Shown here one piece after another: positions 29,539 to 39,383 of a stretch of DNA of 64,000 nucleotides. Origin of the DNA: a virus. Each line of letters begins with the position of its first letter. Positions within the stretch are counted from its first letter, which is position 1. The notes below the pieces were generated by a model. The model searched no databases and had not been told where the DNA came from. It saw only the letters and a list, made by a program, of their open reading frames with translations. The stretch spans positions 20,107 through 84,106 of the IMG/VR virus record IMGVR_UViG_3300046694_000291. One strand, written 5' to 3'. A program made the translations under genes and the position numbers.

Positions 29539-29793
29539 ATGGAAGCGCTCGTTTTCATCTCGGGGTTCATCGGCTTGTTCGTCCTCTGCTTCGCGCTGGC
29601 CCTCTGGGCTCGTCTCTGGAGCACGCTCGGTGCGCACCGCCGGGCCATGTATGCCCTGCACAACCGCCTGGAGCTGGACCGACTGGACAGGCTGTCCGGC
29701 CGGGCACGGGGCCTCGCGGCTGAGCAGTCCGGCTCGATCCCGTCGCAGGAGAGCCCGCACGCCCGCTGGAACCTGCCGGGGGACGGTCAGTGA
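29539..29793 (+). CDS. membrane protein
   Basis: N-terminal TM segment. Confidence 0.6.
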   Translation: MEALVFISGFIGLFVLCFALALWARLWSTLGAHRRAMYALHNRLELDRLDRLSGRARGLAAEQSGSIPSQESPHARWNLPGDGQ

Positions 29794-30194
29794 CCTGGTT
29801 CGTGTTCGTGCTCATGTGCCTGGCCGCCTACCGGCTCACGCGCCTGATCGTCAAGGACACCTTCCCGCCGGTGCTGTGGCTGCGGGACCGGCTGGTCGGC
29901 GGATGGCGTCCGTTGACGGAGCCGGAGCAGGAGACGGTGAGTCGGCAGCCCGGCGGGAATCAGCCGTTCCCGCTTACGAAGCAGGGGGACCGGACACTCC
30001 GCTGGAACACACGGCGTCCTTGGTCCCCGTACTGGCTGGCCGAGCTATTGAGCTGTCCGTGGTGCGCCTCGGCCTACGTCTCCGGCGGGCTCACGGCGGC
30101 CGTGGACGCGTTCTACGGCATCCCCGTCCCCTGGCTGGTGGGCCCGGCCGTGTGGGCCGTCTCCGCCGTCCTCGCGAGCAGGGAGTGGGCGTGA
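29790..30194 (+). CDS. DUF1360-like membrane protein
   Basis: AYRLTRLIVKD..LRDR..ELLSCPWC. Confidence 0.75.
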   Translation: MTWFVFVLMCLAAYRLTRLIVKDTFPPVLWLRDRLVGGWRPLTEPEQETVSRQPGGNQPFPLTKQGDRTLRWNTRRPWSPYWLAELLSCPWCASAYVSGGLTAAVDAFYGIPVPWLVGPAVWAVSAVLASREWA

Positions 30195-30487
30195 GCATCC
30201 GCACTCTCCTGGAGCATGTCGGCCTCGACCTCCAGGGCAAGGACATCGAAGTCAGCGGGCACCTGGTCGACCTGTCTCCCCACGGCCGATGCTTCCATGA
30301 CCACGATCATCTCGGACCGTGCCTGGCGCCGGATCATCGGACCTGCGGTCCGGTGGTCGCCCGTATCCGCACAGCCGCTGGAAACTGGATCCGGCTGTGC
30401 CGGACCGATCTGGACGCCTGGTTCGATGCGGCTGATTCAGGTGATCTCGAAGAGCCCGCAGCTATCCGGTGGACGGAGAGTCACTGA
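30191..30487 (+). CDS. hypothetical protein
   Basis: GTGA overlap; coupled downstream. Confidence 0.5.
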   Translation: MSIRTLLEHVGLDLQGKDIEVSGHLVDLSPHGRCFHDHDHLGPCLAPDHRTCGPVVARIRTAAGNWIRLCRTDLDAWFDAADSGDLEEPAAIRWTESH

Positions 30488-30597
30488 TGCCCGACTGGGC
30501 CCTGGTCACCATCGGAGCGGTCGGCGGAGCCGTCACCGCGCTGTCCCTCGCATACGTCGGCCTGGTCTGGTACCTCAACCGCGACAATCACCTGTAG
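30487..30597 (+). CDS. very small membrane peptide
   Basis: MPDWALVTIGAVGGAVTALSLAYVGLVWYLNRDNHL; RBS GGAGAG. Confidence 0.5.
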   Translation: MPDWALVTIGAVGGAVTALSLAYVGLVWYLNRDNHL

Positions 30598-30605
30598 GAG
30601 ACCCC

Positions 30606-30998
30606 ATGAAGAAGATCCTCACCGTCGCCGGTACCGTGGGCGCGGCCGTGCTGCTGGCGCTCGGTACCAGCACCGCCGCCTTCGCCCACTCGGACGGTCC
30701 CCAGGTCTGCAACTCCGGCCCCCAGTCGGCGTGCGCGAAGTTCTACCACGACGGGGACGTCATCCGGGTGTGGGACACCGACTGTGACGCCCACGCGGCC
30801 GTGGGCCACGTGTGGGCGCCGGAGGCGGGCATCTACGACAACCTCTGGAACACCGGGGGCTGCGGCACCTACGCCGACTACGCCTACGGCACGAACATGC
30901 CGGAGGACGTCGCGGTGTACTACCAGGCCTGCTACGGCATCAAGCACGCCGACGGCACCTACACCCGCTGCTCCGGCACCGGCGGCGGCCGGTCGTGA
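30606..30998 (+). CDS. small secreted Cys-containing protein
   Basis: Sec signal MKKILTV..AAFA; six Cys in mature part. Confidence 0.75.
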   Translation: MKKILTVAGTVGAAVLLALGTSTAAFAHSDGPQVCNSGPQSACAKFYHDGDVIRVWDTDCDAHAAVGHVWAPEAGIYDNLWNTGGCGTYADYAYGTNMPEDVAVYYQACYGIKHADGTYTRCSGTGGGRS

Positions 30999-31059
30999 CC
31001 CGCTGGCTCCGGCGTCTCCGCGACCGGCTGTACGAACATCTGATCAAAGGACTGGGCAC

Positions 31060-31332
31060 ATGAACCAGCCGCTCCCCGCCAGGGCCGAGGGACCGACCTT
31101 CGACCGGGGCGTGCCCCCGGTCGACCCGGGCAACAAGTTCCTGTCCATCGTCCCGTGCGGGCTGACGGTCTCCGTCCAGCAGACCCCCATGGGCCAGAAG
31201 CTCGCCCTCACCATCCGCACCGTCGACACGACCCTCACCGTCTTCCTCGACAAGGACGAGGTCGAGTCCTGGGAGAAGGTCCTCGCGTCCGGCAAGGCAG
31301 GCATGACCGGACTGATCCTCGGAGGAATGTGA
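31060..31332 (+). CDS. hypothetical protein
   Basis: RBS, good codon usage. Confidence 0.6.
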   Translation: MNQPLPARAEGPTFDRGVPPVDPGNKFLSIVPCGLTVSVQQTPMGQKLALTIRTVDTTLTVFLDKDEVESWEKVLASGKAGMTGLILGGM

Positions 31333-31937
31333 TGGAGCACAAGCTGTTCGAGGGCGACGTCCCGTTCGTGTCCACCTTCGAGTTCCACCAGGACCGGGAG
31401 CGCGCCCCGCACCTGGAGCAGGCGGCGCACCGGCCCCGGCTGGAGAAGGCGGCCGAGTTCGCCCGGCAGGCCGCACGGGAGTGCGGCGGTGCCTCGGTGT
31501 CCGACCTCGGCTGCGGGGACGGCGGCCTGCTCAGTCTCCTCAAGGGCGACCCGGACGTGCTCCTCGCCTGGGGGTACGACTTCTGTCCCGCCAACCAGGC
31601 CGGGTGGATCCAGCGTGGGGTGACCGCGTACGCCCGGGACGTCTTCAACGGGGAGAACCGGGGACTGAGCGACCCCGAGATCGGGACGGTCGTGGTGATG
31701 ACCGAGGTGCTGGAGCACCTGGCCGACCCGCACGGGGTGCTGGCGTCTCTTCTGCCCCGGGGCGCGGCCCGGCTGGTCTGCTCCAGCCCCTGGAACGAGA
31801 CCCCCAACGGCCACAGTCCCGAGCACGCGTGGGCCTGGGACCTGCCGGGGTACGCGGCCCTGATCGAGGGCGCCGGATGGACGATCGAGCGGCACGAGCC
31901 GGTCGGTCTGTTCCAGGTGGTGCTCGCCCGGAGGTGA
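31332..31937 (+). CDS. class I SAM-dependent methyltransferase
   Basis: VSDLGCGDGGLL, GYDF, TEVLEHLADP. Confidence 0.85.
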   Translation: MEHKLFEGDVPFVSTFEFHQDRERAPHLEQAAHRPRLEKAAEFARQAARECGGASVSDLGCGDGGLLSLLKGDPDVLLAWGYDFCPANQAGWIQRGVTAYARDVFNGENRGLSDPEIGTVVVMTEVLEHLADPHGVLASLLPRGAARLVCSSPWNETPNGHSPEHAWAWDLPGYAALIEGAGWTIERHEPVGLFQVVLARR

Positions 31938-32363
31938 TCACCTGGTCGCGATGATGACCACGGTCATGACGGCGACGATCGCCCCGACAGCCGAGATGAT
32001 CCACCCGTACGTGGAGCCGATGCCCCCGGCCCGGCCGGTCTGGCTCGACACGTACTCGGCGAGGGGCTTGATCGTCGCCGTCAGTTCCCGGACCGCGTTG
32101 CTCACGTCGTCCTTGGTCGCGTACAGGCCGCGTTCCCGGTTGATCTGCTCACGCAGCTCGTTGGCCTTCTCGTCCTTGTACGTCTGGATCTCCCGGGCAA
32201 GCTGGAGTGCGGCCAGGTCGGCCGTCTCCTTGATCTTCAGCGCCTTCTCCTTCTCGACGTTGACCTCGGCGTACCGCCGGTCACGTTCCTCGGCGAGCGC
32301 CGCGTACCAGCGGTCGCGTTCGTCGATCATCTCCCGCAGGTGCCGGACCTCTGCATCATTCAT
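31938..32363 (-). CDS. coiled-coil protein with C-terminal TM anchor (antisense orientation)
   Basis: Strong minus-strand codon bias; heptad-rich; hydrophobic C-terminus. Confidence 0.7.
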   Translation of the reverse strand: MNDAEVRHLREMIDERDRWYAALAEERDRRYAEVNVEKEKALKIKETADLAALQLAREIQTYKDEKANELREQINRERGLYATKDDVSNAVRELTATIKPLAEYVSSQTGRAGGIGSTYGWIISAVGAIVAVMTVVIIATR

Positions 32364-32435
32364 GGCATGAGCGTACGGGCGGCCGGAGCGGAGATCGCAG
32401 GTATCCTGCCCTCCGACAAGATCGGGAGGACGCCC

Positions 32436-34289
32436 ATGTCCTGGTACGACGTCTTCCGGCGGAGCAGCCCCGCACTCACGGCCGCCGGACTGCCGCAGGC
32501 GCCTCAGCCCGAGGCGCTCACCGCCGCCGCCGCCCCGCCCAAGGGACCCCAGGCCCAGTTCCTCCGCCACACCGACAAGTGGCAGAACGAAGTCTGGGCC
32601 TACTACGACAACCTCGGCGAGTTCAACTTCGGGGTCGGCTGGCAGGCGTCCATGCTCAGCCGGGTACGGCTGCGCGCCGCCCGGCTCCAGCCCGACGCCG
32701 ACGAGCCGGACATCCAGATGGAGGGTCCGGCGGCCGAACTGATGATGAACTTCGGGGGCGGTGTCACCGGCCAGGCGCAGCTCATGAAGCGTCTCACCGT
32801 CGGCCTCCAGGTCCCCGGCGAGTGCTACCTGATCGGCGAGGAGCAGTCCGACAAGACCGAGAAGTGGATGGTCCGGTCGGTCGACGAGATCCGCTCCCAG
32901 TCCAAGACCTACTACGTCATGGACGAGGAGTCGGTCAACGCGGGACAGGACTGGCGGGAGATCGCCAAGAACGCCCTCGTCACCCGGGTGTGGCGCCCGC
33001 ACGACCGGTACTACCACCTCGCCGACTCCCCGGCCCGCTCGGCCCGGGAGATCATGCGGGAGCTGGAGCTGGTCAACCGGAAGATCCAGGCTGAGTACCT
33101 GTCCCGGCTCGCCTCGGCCGGGCTGCTCGGTATCCCGGACGAGCTGACGTTCCCGGTGCGCGAGGAGTTCGCCGACGCGCCCAACCCGCTCGTCGCCGAG
33201 TTCATCGAGATCGCTGCCACGGCCATCGAGAAGCCCGGCACGGCCAGCTCCGTCATCCCGATCCCGATCATGGGCCCGGCCGAGGCCATCGACAGCCTCA
33301 AGCTGATCGACTTCACGCTCAAGCTGGACGAGAAGATCATCGAGAAGCGGGACAGCGCCATCAAGCGCCTGGCCACGAAGCTCGACATGCCCGCCGAGAT
33401 CCTGCTGGGCATGGGCGACGTGAACCACTGGGGGGCCTGGCAGCTCGAAGAGGGCGCGCTCAAGACGCACATCGCGCCGGTGGCGGAGCTGATCTGCGAC
33501 TCCCTCACCCGGGGCTACCTCAAGCCCCGGCTCGAAGCCTCCCACCAGGACCCCACCGGCTGGGTCGTCTGGTACGACATGAGCGAGCTGGCCCTCCAGC
33601 CGGACCGCAGCGCGAACGCCACCGAGGCCTACGACCGGATGGAGCTGTCGGGCTCCTCGTTCCGGCGCGAGCTGGGCTTCGACGAGGACGACATGCCCGA
33701 GGGGGACGATCTGAAGGAGCAGGTGCTCAAGAACCTGATCCGCAACGCCCCGCAGGCAGCGCCCTCGGCCGCCAACGAGCTGCTCGGGTCCGAGGTGCTG
33801 GACGTCGGAGCCTCTTCCACCTCCGGGGCCGAGGACGAGAAGGCCGACAACGACGCCAAGCAGGCGCAGCAGGAGGCTGCCGCTCCCGGGACCGGGAAGA
33901 ACGCGCCCAAGGCAGCGCCACCCGGCGGCCCTCCGGGGTCCGGAGGCGGGAAGGAGAGCACGCCTCCCGCCAAGGCCGCCGCCCAGGCCAAGTACCTCGA
34001 ACAGGCGCGCACCCAGCACATGGTCAGGTTCCCGGCCGTCGGGCACGAATGGGAGCTGATCCACCCCCAGCTCTGCCACGACCACGAGTACACCTGCCCG
34101 TACACGCACGTCGTGTCCCGGCGGGCGCCCGAGCAGGTTCCCGGATCTCCGGGCACGTACCTCGTCCACCTGGACGGCCTCGGTCTGCTGCGCATCGACG
34201 GGCGCGCGCCGTTCATCGACACCCGGAACCTGATCAGCACCCGTCTCCGTCCCCGGGACACGAACCGGATGGAGGCCGTCCGTGGCTGA
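32436..34289 (+). CDS. portal protein
   Basis: Size, position, WQNEVW..YD..GE, RVWRPH, ADSP, NHWGAWQLEE motifs of cluster-B-like portals. Confidence 0.85.
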   Translation: MSWYDVFRRSSPALTAAGLPQAPQPEALTAAAAPPKGPQAQFLRHTDKWQNEVWAYYDNLGEFNFGVGWQASMLSRVRLRAARLQPDADEPDIQMEGPAAELMMNFGGGVTGQAQLMKRLTVGLQVPGECYLIGEEQSDKTEKWMVRSVDEIRSQSKTYYVMDEESVNAGQDWREIAKNALVTRVWRPHDRYYHLADSPARSAREIMRELELVNRKIQAEYLSRLASAGLLGIPDELTFPVREEFADAPNPLVAEFIEIAATAIEKPGTASSVIPIPIMGPAEAIDSLKLIDFTLKLDEKIIEKRDSAIKRLATKLDMPAEILLGMGDVNHWGAWQLEEGALKTHIAPVAELICDSLTRGYLKPRLEASHQDPTGWVVWYDMSELALQPDRSANATEAYDRMELSGSSFRRELGFDEDDMPEGDDLKEQVLKNLIRNAPQAAPSAANELLGSEVLDVGASSTSGAEDEKADNDAKQAQQEAAAPGTGKNAPKAAPPGGPPGSGGGKESTPPAKAAAQAKYLEQARTQHMVRFPAVGHEWELIHPQLCHDHEYTCPYTHVVSRRAPEQVPGSPGTYLVHLDGLGLLRIDGRAPFIDTRNLISTRLRPRDTNRMEAVRG

Positions 34290-37068
34290 CGACCACCTCA
34301 ACGGATGCATGATCGCCCTCATGCCGACGGCCGAGGACGCTGCCCGGCTCAAGGTCCCGGGCGGTGAGGCGGCCGGGGACCTCCACCTGACGCTGCACTT
34401 CCTCGGGGAGCAGGACGTCTGGGACGAGGACGCCAAGGCCGACCTGCTGATGTGCATGCGGTACGCCCTCGACTGGTACGACGGCGGAGACATCACCGCG
34501 AACATCTTCGGCGTGGCGCACTGGGGAGCCAACACCACCAAACCGTCCTGGGTGTGGAACGTCGGCTCGGGACAGGTCGGCTCCTGGGAGGACCAGCTCC
34601 AGTGGATCAAGTCGGTGGCCACGTGCGCCCTGGAGGACATGCACAGGCAGCCCGAACTGCCCCAGCAGTACTGCCCGTGGGTGGCGCACATCTGCGCCTG
34701 GTACACCGCTGACCTGACCCCCGTCCGCAACCTGGAGAAGCGCCTCGGCCCGGTCACGTTCGACCGGCTGCGGGTCTCCTTCGGGCCGGAGGACCACGAC
34801 TTCCCGCTCAAGCCACCGGAGCCCGTCACGGCCGCCGGGATGCTGCGCCGACAGACCAAGCCCTACGAGGAGCACGTCAACTTCGCCGAGCAGAACAGGC
34901 AGTGGACCGAGGCCGTCAACAGCACCACCAACCGCCTGCACACGGAGCTGGCCGACTGGCGGCAGCAGATCCGCAACCAGCTCGCGGCCGGGCCGGACAA
35001 CCCCGCCACGCTGGCCTCCCTGCACGTCGACACCACGGCCGCCGCCCACGTCCTGCACGACGAGATGAAGTCCCTCGCCGAGCAGGCCGGACGGTCCGTG
35101 GAGCGGGAAGCGGAGGCACAGGGCGTCCAGGTGCCCGACTGGTCCCTGCCGGAGGATGCCTCCGAGGAAAGCCTCACGGCCGCCCTCGGCGGAAAAGCGC
35201 TGCTCCGGGGCATGTCCCAGATGACGGCCGACCTGATGGCGTCCAACATGGTCCAGAGCGCCAAGCGCTACACCATCGGGCTCATCACCCAGCGCCGGAG
35301 CGGGGACGACATCGCCGGGGCGGTCGACCGGCAGCTCCAGGCCGGACAGGAGCGCGCGGTCCAGGCGCCGGTCAAGGCGTCCATGTCCGCCGCCCAGACC
35401 CTCGGCCGCAACACCGTGCTCAGTGCGGCGCCGGAGGCGGAGAGCTACACCGCCTCCGAGTCCCTCGACCAGAACACCTGCAAGGCCTGCATCGCCGTGG
35501 ACGGCCAGGTGTTCACCGGGCTCGCTGCGGCCATCAGCGCGTACCCCGTCATGGGCTACGCCGGGTGCGCGGGCTCCGCTCACGGCAATCCCTGCCGGGG
35601 CTTCATCGTGGCGAACTGGGGCTCCGGCTCGGCCGCCACTGCCTCTGCGGCTATCCTGCGCGCAGATGATCGGCCCGAGGAGGCCCCCGTGACAACCGAG
35701 ACCGAGGCCCTGAAGAAGGGTGACCCCAACCCGGGGACCGACAAGGACAAGCGGCTCAAGGAGAACCAGAAGTCGGGCTCCGAGGAGACCGAGGAGTTCG
35801 CCGAGACGGCCGAGGCGAAGCCCTTCAGCGGCGCGACCCGGCCGTGGCGCGGCCCGCTCACCGTGGAGGGCATCGAGACCGGCGACGGCCGCGAGTTCGA
35901 CACCGACTCCCTCACGTGGGCCGACCTCCCGCTCCCGCTGCGCTGGAACCGCGTCGACTCCCACGGCGGTGAGGCGCGCACCGAGGCCGTCAACGTCGGC
36001 AACATCACCCGGATCTGGCGCGAGGACAGCGGCCTGATCATGGGGGAGGGTCTGCTCGACCTCGGGGACGACGACGGCCGCAACGTGGAGCGCAAGATCG
36101 AGGGCGAGTTCCTGCGGGGCGTCTCGGTGGACGTCGACTCCATCAAGGACGCCGACATGGAGCTGGTCTGGCCCGAGGCGCCGGATGGTGAGGACGCCGA
36201 CACCGACCCCTTCGCGCAGCTCTTCGCGTCTCCCGAGAAGGTCATCTTCCACAAGGGCCGTATCCGGGCCGCCACGCTGGTGGACATCCCGGCCTTTGCC
36301 GAGGCGTACATCGCCCTGCTGGACGAGGCGGGCGCGGTCGTCGCCGGGGGCACGCCGATCGGCTCGCTGCGGGAGTCCCGCCCGGTCAAGCACCGGACGC
36401 TGGGCGTCGAGGTCCGGGAGCGGCCGAGCCGGGACTGGTTCACCAACCCGGACCTGTCCGTCCCGACCGGCATCACCGTCACCCCCGAGGGCCGGGTCTA
36501 CGGCCACGCCGCTCTGTGGGGGACCTGCCACATCGGGCAGGCCGGACTGTGCGTCACCCCGCCGCAGGAGGACGCCCACCCGTACTTCATGACCGGGGCG
36601 GTCTACACCGACGAGGGCGACATGGTGAGCGTCGGCTCGATCACCCTCGGTACCGGGCACGCGGACATCACCGCCGGGCACCGGGCCGCCACGGAGCACT
36701 ACGACAACACCGGCACGGCCGTGGCGGACGTCGCCGTCGGCAACGACGCGCACGGCATCTGGGTCGCCGGGTCGGTCCGGCCGGGCACGGCGCCGGAGCG
36801 CATCCACGAACTGCGCGCCTCGGGCCAGGTCTCCGGTGACTGGCGCAACATCGGCGGCAAGCTCCGCCTCGTCGGCCTGCTCGCGGTCAACGTGCCCGGG
36901 TTCCCGGTGCCGAAGATCAAGGCCCAGTACACCGGTGGGCACCAGCTCGCGCTGGTGGCGGCCGGGCTCCCGGCCCTCACCGAGGGCTGGACGGAAGAGG
37001 ATCTGGATCAGTGGGCCTACGCTCGTATCCTGAGCAGGCTCGGTGACCGGGTGCACGGGAAGGGATGA
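34282..37068 (+). CDS. 2H-phosphoesterase-like + MuF-like + capsid maturation protease fusion
   Basis: HLTL/HIC 2H motifs; DQNTCKAC..CRG MuF; TGDGR, GVSVD, ATLVDIPAF protease; GRVYGH..SGDWR C-terminal domain. Confidence 0.78.
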   Translation: MADDHLNGCMIALMPTAEDAARLKVPGGEAAGDLHLTLHFLGEQDVWDEDAKADLLMCMRYALDWYDGGDITANIFGVAHWGANTTKPSWVWNVGSGQVGSWEDQLQWIKSVATCALEDMHRQPELPQQYCPWVAHICAWYTADLTPVRNLEKRLGPVTFDRLRVSFGPEDHDFPLKPPEPVTAAGMLRRQTKPYEEHVNFAEQNRQWTEAVNSTTNRLHTELADWRQQIRNQLAAGPDNPATLASLHVDTTAAAHVLHDEMKSLAEQAGRSVEREAEAQGVQVPDWSLPEDASEESLTAALGGKALLRGMSQMTADLMASNMVQSAKRYTIGLITQRRSGDDIAGAVDRQLQAGQERAVQAPVKASMSAAQTLGRNTVLSAAPEAESYTASESLDQNTCKACIAVDGQVFTGLAAAISAYPVMGYAGCAGSAHGNPCRGFIVANWGSGSAATASAAILRADDRPEEAPVTTETEALKKGDPNPGTDKDKRLKENQKSGSEETEEFAETAEAKPFSGATRPWRGPLTVEGIETGDGREFDTDSLTWADLPLPLRWNRVDSHGGEARTEAVNVGNITRIWREDSGLIMGEGLLDLGDDDGRNVERKIEGEFLRGVSVDVDSIKDADMELVWPEAPDGEDADTDPFAQLFASPEKVIFHKGRIRAATLVDIPAFAEAYIALLDEAGAVVAGGTPIGSLRESRPVKHRTLGVEVRERPSRDWFTNPDLSVPTGITVTPEGRVYGHAALWGTCHIGQAGLCVTPPQEDAHPYFMTGAVYTDEGDMVSVGSITLGTGHADITAGHRAATEHYDNTGTAVADVAVGNDAHGIWVAGSVRPGTAPERIHELRASGQVSGDWRNIGGKLRLVGLLAVNVPGFPVPKIKAQYTGGHQLALVAAGLPALTEGWTEEDLDQWAYARILSRLGDRVHGKG

Positions 37069-37073
37069 CCGAC

Positions 37074-37154
37074 ATGTGTGGCTGCAACCAGAACCCTCCG
37101 CCCCCGCCTCCGCCCCCTCCGGGGCCCGGCGGTGCCGGAGGCACGAACGGCTGA
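37074..37154 (+). CDS. 26-aa MCGC/polyproline micro-protein
   Basis: MCGCNQNPPPPPPPPPGPGGAGGTNG*, RBS GGAAGGGA. Confidence 0.5.
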   Translation: MCGCNQNPPPPPPPPPGPGGAGGTNG

Positions 37155-37176
37155 CCAGGCATTTACGCGTGCCGGT

Positions 37177-37196
37177 CCAAAGATATCGATCTTTGG
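37177..37196. promoter_or_regulatory. inverted repeat upstream of capsid gene
   Basis: CCAAAGAT-ATCG-ATCTTTGG in an AT-richer intergenic stretch. Confidence 0.45.
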
Positions 37197-37262
37197 CCGG
37201 TACGCGTTCTTGTGTTACCTTCCGGCCGACGTAGATCATTCCGGTCGCCCCTGGAGGTTGCA

Positions 37263-39056
37263 GTGCCGGAGCCTGAGCTTTTCGAAGCACCCGCAGACCT
37301 CACGCTCTCGGGTGACACGGAACTGGCTGAGCTGGAGACGCAGGCCGTAGCGGCCTACGACAGCATCAACGCGCGCGGTTCGTACACCGCCGACGACGTG
37401 GCGTACGCGCAGCGTCTCGCCAAGGATCTGGACCGTATCCGGGCCGAGCTGCGGGTGCGCGCCACCCGGGCCCAGGAGCAGGCCACCCTCGCGCAGCAGG
37501 AGACCGAGCGCCAGATGGCGGCTCTGCGCCAGCGGGTGCACGGCGACGCCGAGGGCACCGAGCCCGTGACGGCCGCCGCTGCCGCCGGAGGCCAGACCAT
37601 CGACATGAGCGAGATCGCCAAGGCGACCGCCGCCGGTGTCGCCATGGCCCTGTTCGGCGACGACGAGTCGAAGATCCAGAAGGCGCAGCAGCGCTTCGCG
37701 AGCCTCGGGGACACGGCCGCCAAGGCGCCCAAGCCCCGGGTCCAGGAGGGCGTCCCGAACGCGGTCACCGCGTCCATCGACATCCCCGGCGTCGCGCACG
37801 GCACCGAGCTGGGCGACCTCGCCGCGCTGAGCGAGGCCTTCCAGCGCAAGGCCAAGGCCATCCCGATCACCCGGGACGGCAAGGGAGCCCCGCACCACCT
37901 CGTCGCCTCGGTCCGCAACTCGTTCGAGCACACGCTGGACGACCGCACCGACGCCGCCAAGGTCGAGAAGCTCTACCAGGAGATGACCAAGCCCGAGAAC
38001 CAGCGGGCCCTGGTCGCCGGTGGTGGCTGGTGCGCCCCGAGCCAGATCATGTACGACTTCTTCAACATCGCCGAGGCGAGCGACGGTCTCATCGACCTGC
38101 CCACCGTCGGCGTCAGCCGGGGCGGTATCCGCTTCCCGGTCAGCCCGGCCATCGGGGACGTGTTCTTCCAGAACGCGGGCTCCAGCCCGGCCTCGGGCTT
38201 CGGCGGCTTCGCGTTCAGCATGAGCAACGCGACCGATCCCTGGCTCTGGACGGAGACCGACGACCAGCTCACGGTCACCGGCTCGGTCAACAAGCCGACC
38301 CTCCGGGTCCCCTGCCCGACCTTCAGCGAGCAGCGCCTGGAGTGCTACGGCATCTCCCTCACGGCGGGCAACCTGACGGACGACGCCTACCCCGAGAGCA
38401 CCCAGAACTTCATCCGCCTGCTCCGGGCCGCGTACAGCCACGCGATCAACGCGCGCCTGATCGGCCTCATGGACACGGCGGCCGGTGGCGCGACCACCGT
38501 GGGCGCGGTCGCCACCGACGGCCCGGCCACCCGCTTGCTCAACGCGGTCGCGCTCGCCGCGATGGACTACCGGGCGAAGTTCGCCATGGGCACCACCTCG
38601 GTCCTCGAAGTGGTCATGCCGTACTGGATCCGGGACATCATCCGGGCCGACCTCACGCTCCGGCCGCTCACCGACCTGAGCGCTCTGGCCGTGGCGGACG
38701 CGCAGATCGGCGCGTTCTTCTCGGCCCGCAACGTCCGCGTCCAGTGGGTCAACGACTACCAGGTGCGCGGCGCCAACCAGCCCGGCGCCAGCTCCAACCT
38801 CACGGTCTGGCCCGCCACGGTGAACTTCCTCGTCTACGCGGCGGGGACGTTCCTCCACGGCACCGGCCTCCAGCTCGACCTCGGTGTCATCCGGGACTCG
38901 GTCCTGAACGCGGAGAACGACTACACCGCGCTCTGGGCGGAGGAGTGCCACCTGATCGCTCAGGTCGGCCACTCGGCCCGCAAGTACACCTGCGCCTTCG
39001 CGGTCTCCGGCCAGGTCGGCGGAACAGTCGCAACCCCGAACGTCGCCCACGTCTGA
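37263..39056 (+). CDS. major capsid (hexamer) protein
   Basis: LVAGGGWCAPSQIMYD, DLP..SRGGIRF, PCPTF motifs of Rosebush/cluster-B-type capsids; N-terminal scaffold-like coil. Confidence 0.88.
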   Translation: MPEPELFEAPADLTLSGDTELAELETQAVAAYDSINARGSYTADDVAYAQRLAKDLDRIRAELRVRATRAQEQATLAQQETERQMAALRQRVHGDAEGTEPVTAAAAAGGQTIDMSEIAKATAAGVAMALFGDDESKIQKAQQRFASLGDTAAKAPKPRVQEGVPNAVTASIDIPGVAHGTELGDLAALSEAFQRKAKAIPITRDGKGAPHHLVASVRNSFEHTLDDRTDAAKVEKLYQEMTKPENQRALVAGGGWCAPSQIMYDFFNIAEASDGLIDLPTVGVSRGGIRFPVSPAIGDVFFQNAGSSPASGFGGFAFSMSNATDPWLWTETDDQLTVTGSVNKPTLRVPCPTFSEQRLECYGISLTAGNLTDDAYPESTQNFIRLLRAAYSHAINARLIGLMDTAAGGATTVGAVATDGPATRLLNAVALAAMDYRAKFAMGTTSVLEVVMPYWIRDIIRADLTLRPLTDLSALAVADAQIGAFFSARNVRVQWVNDYQVRGANQPGASSNLTVWPATVNFLVYAAGTFLHGTGLQLDLGVIRDSVLNAENDYTALWAEECHLIAQVGHSARKYTCAFAVSGQVGGTVATPNVAHV

Positions 39057-39089
39057 TCACCCCTCCTCACCCGGAGGGGGTGACCACCG

Positions 39090-39380
39090 ATGGCAGCCTT
39101 CACCAGTGCCGAAGTCAGCGTGGCTACCGCCACGCCGGTCAAGGTCGCGGACTCGGACGACTTCGCTCGACGGGTCTACACCTCGGACAACACGGCTGCT
39201 TTCAGGCTGGCGTTCTCCAGCGGAACCGCCTCGACCGGGGCGTTCGTCAGCAAGCTGTCCGGCTTCAACTCGGGGGCTGTCGACTTCCTGCTCCCGGCCG
39301 GACAGGAGCTGTGGGTGTTCCAGGCTTCCGGGTCCACCCAGACGATCAACGTGCTCGTGACTACGGACGGGGAGGTGTGA
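39090..39380 (+). CDS. small virion protein
   Basis: RBS, position. Confidence 0.6.
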   Translation: MAAFTSAEVSVATATPVKVADSDDFARRVYTSDNTAAFRLAFSSGTASTGAFVSKLSGFNSGAVDFLLPAGQELWVFQASGSTQTINVLVTTDGEV

Positions 39381-39383
39381 CCT

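Noticed and set aside
31332-31937. Methyltransferase as the C5-cytosine DNA MTase feeding TET
   Set aside because: Lacks the FxGxGG/PC/ENV motifs; it has the small-molecule class I pattern (DLGCGDG, EVLEHL)
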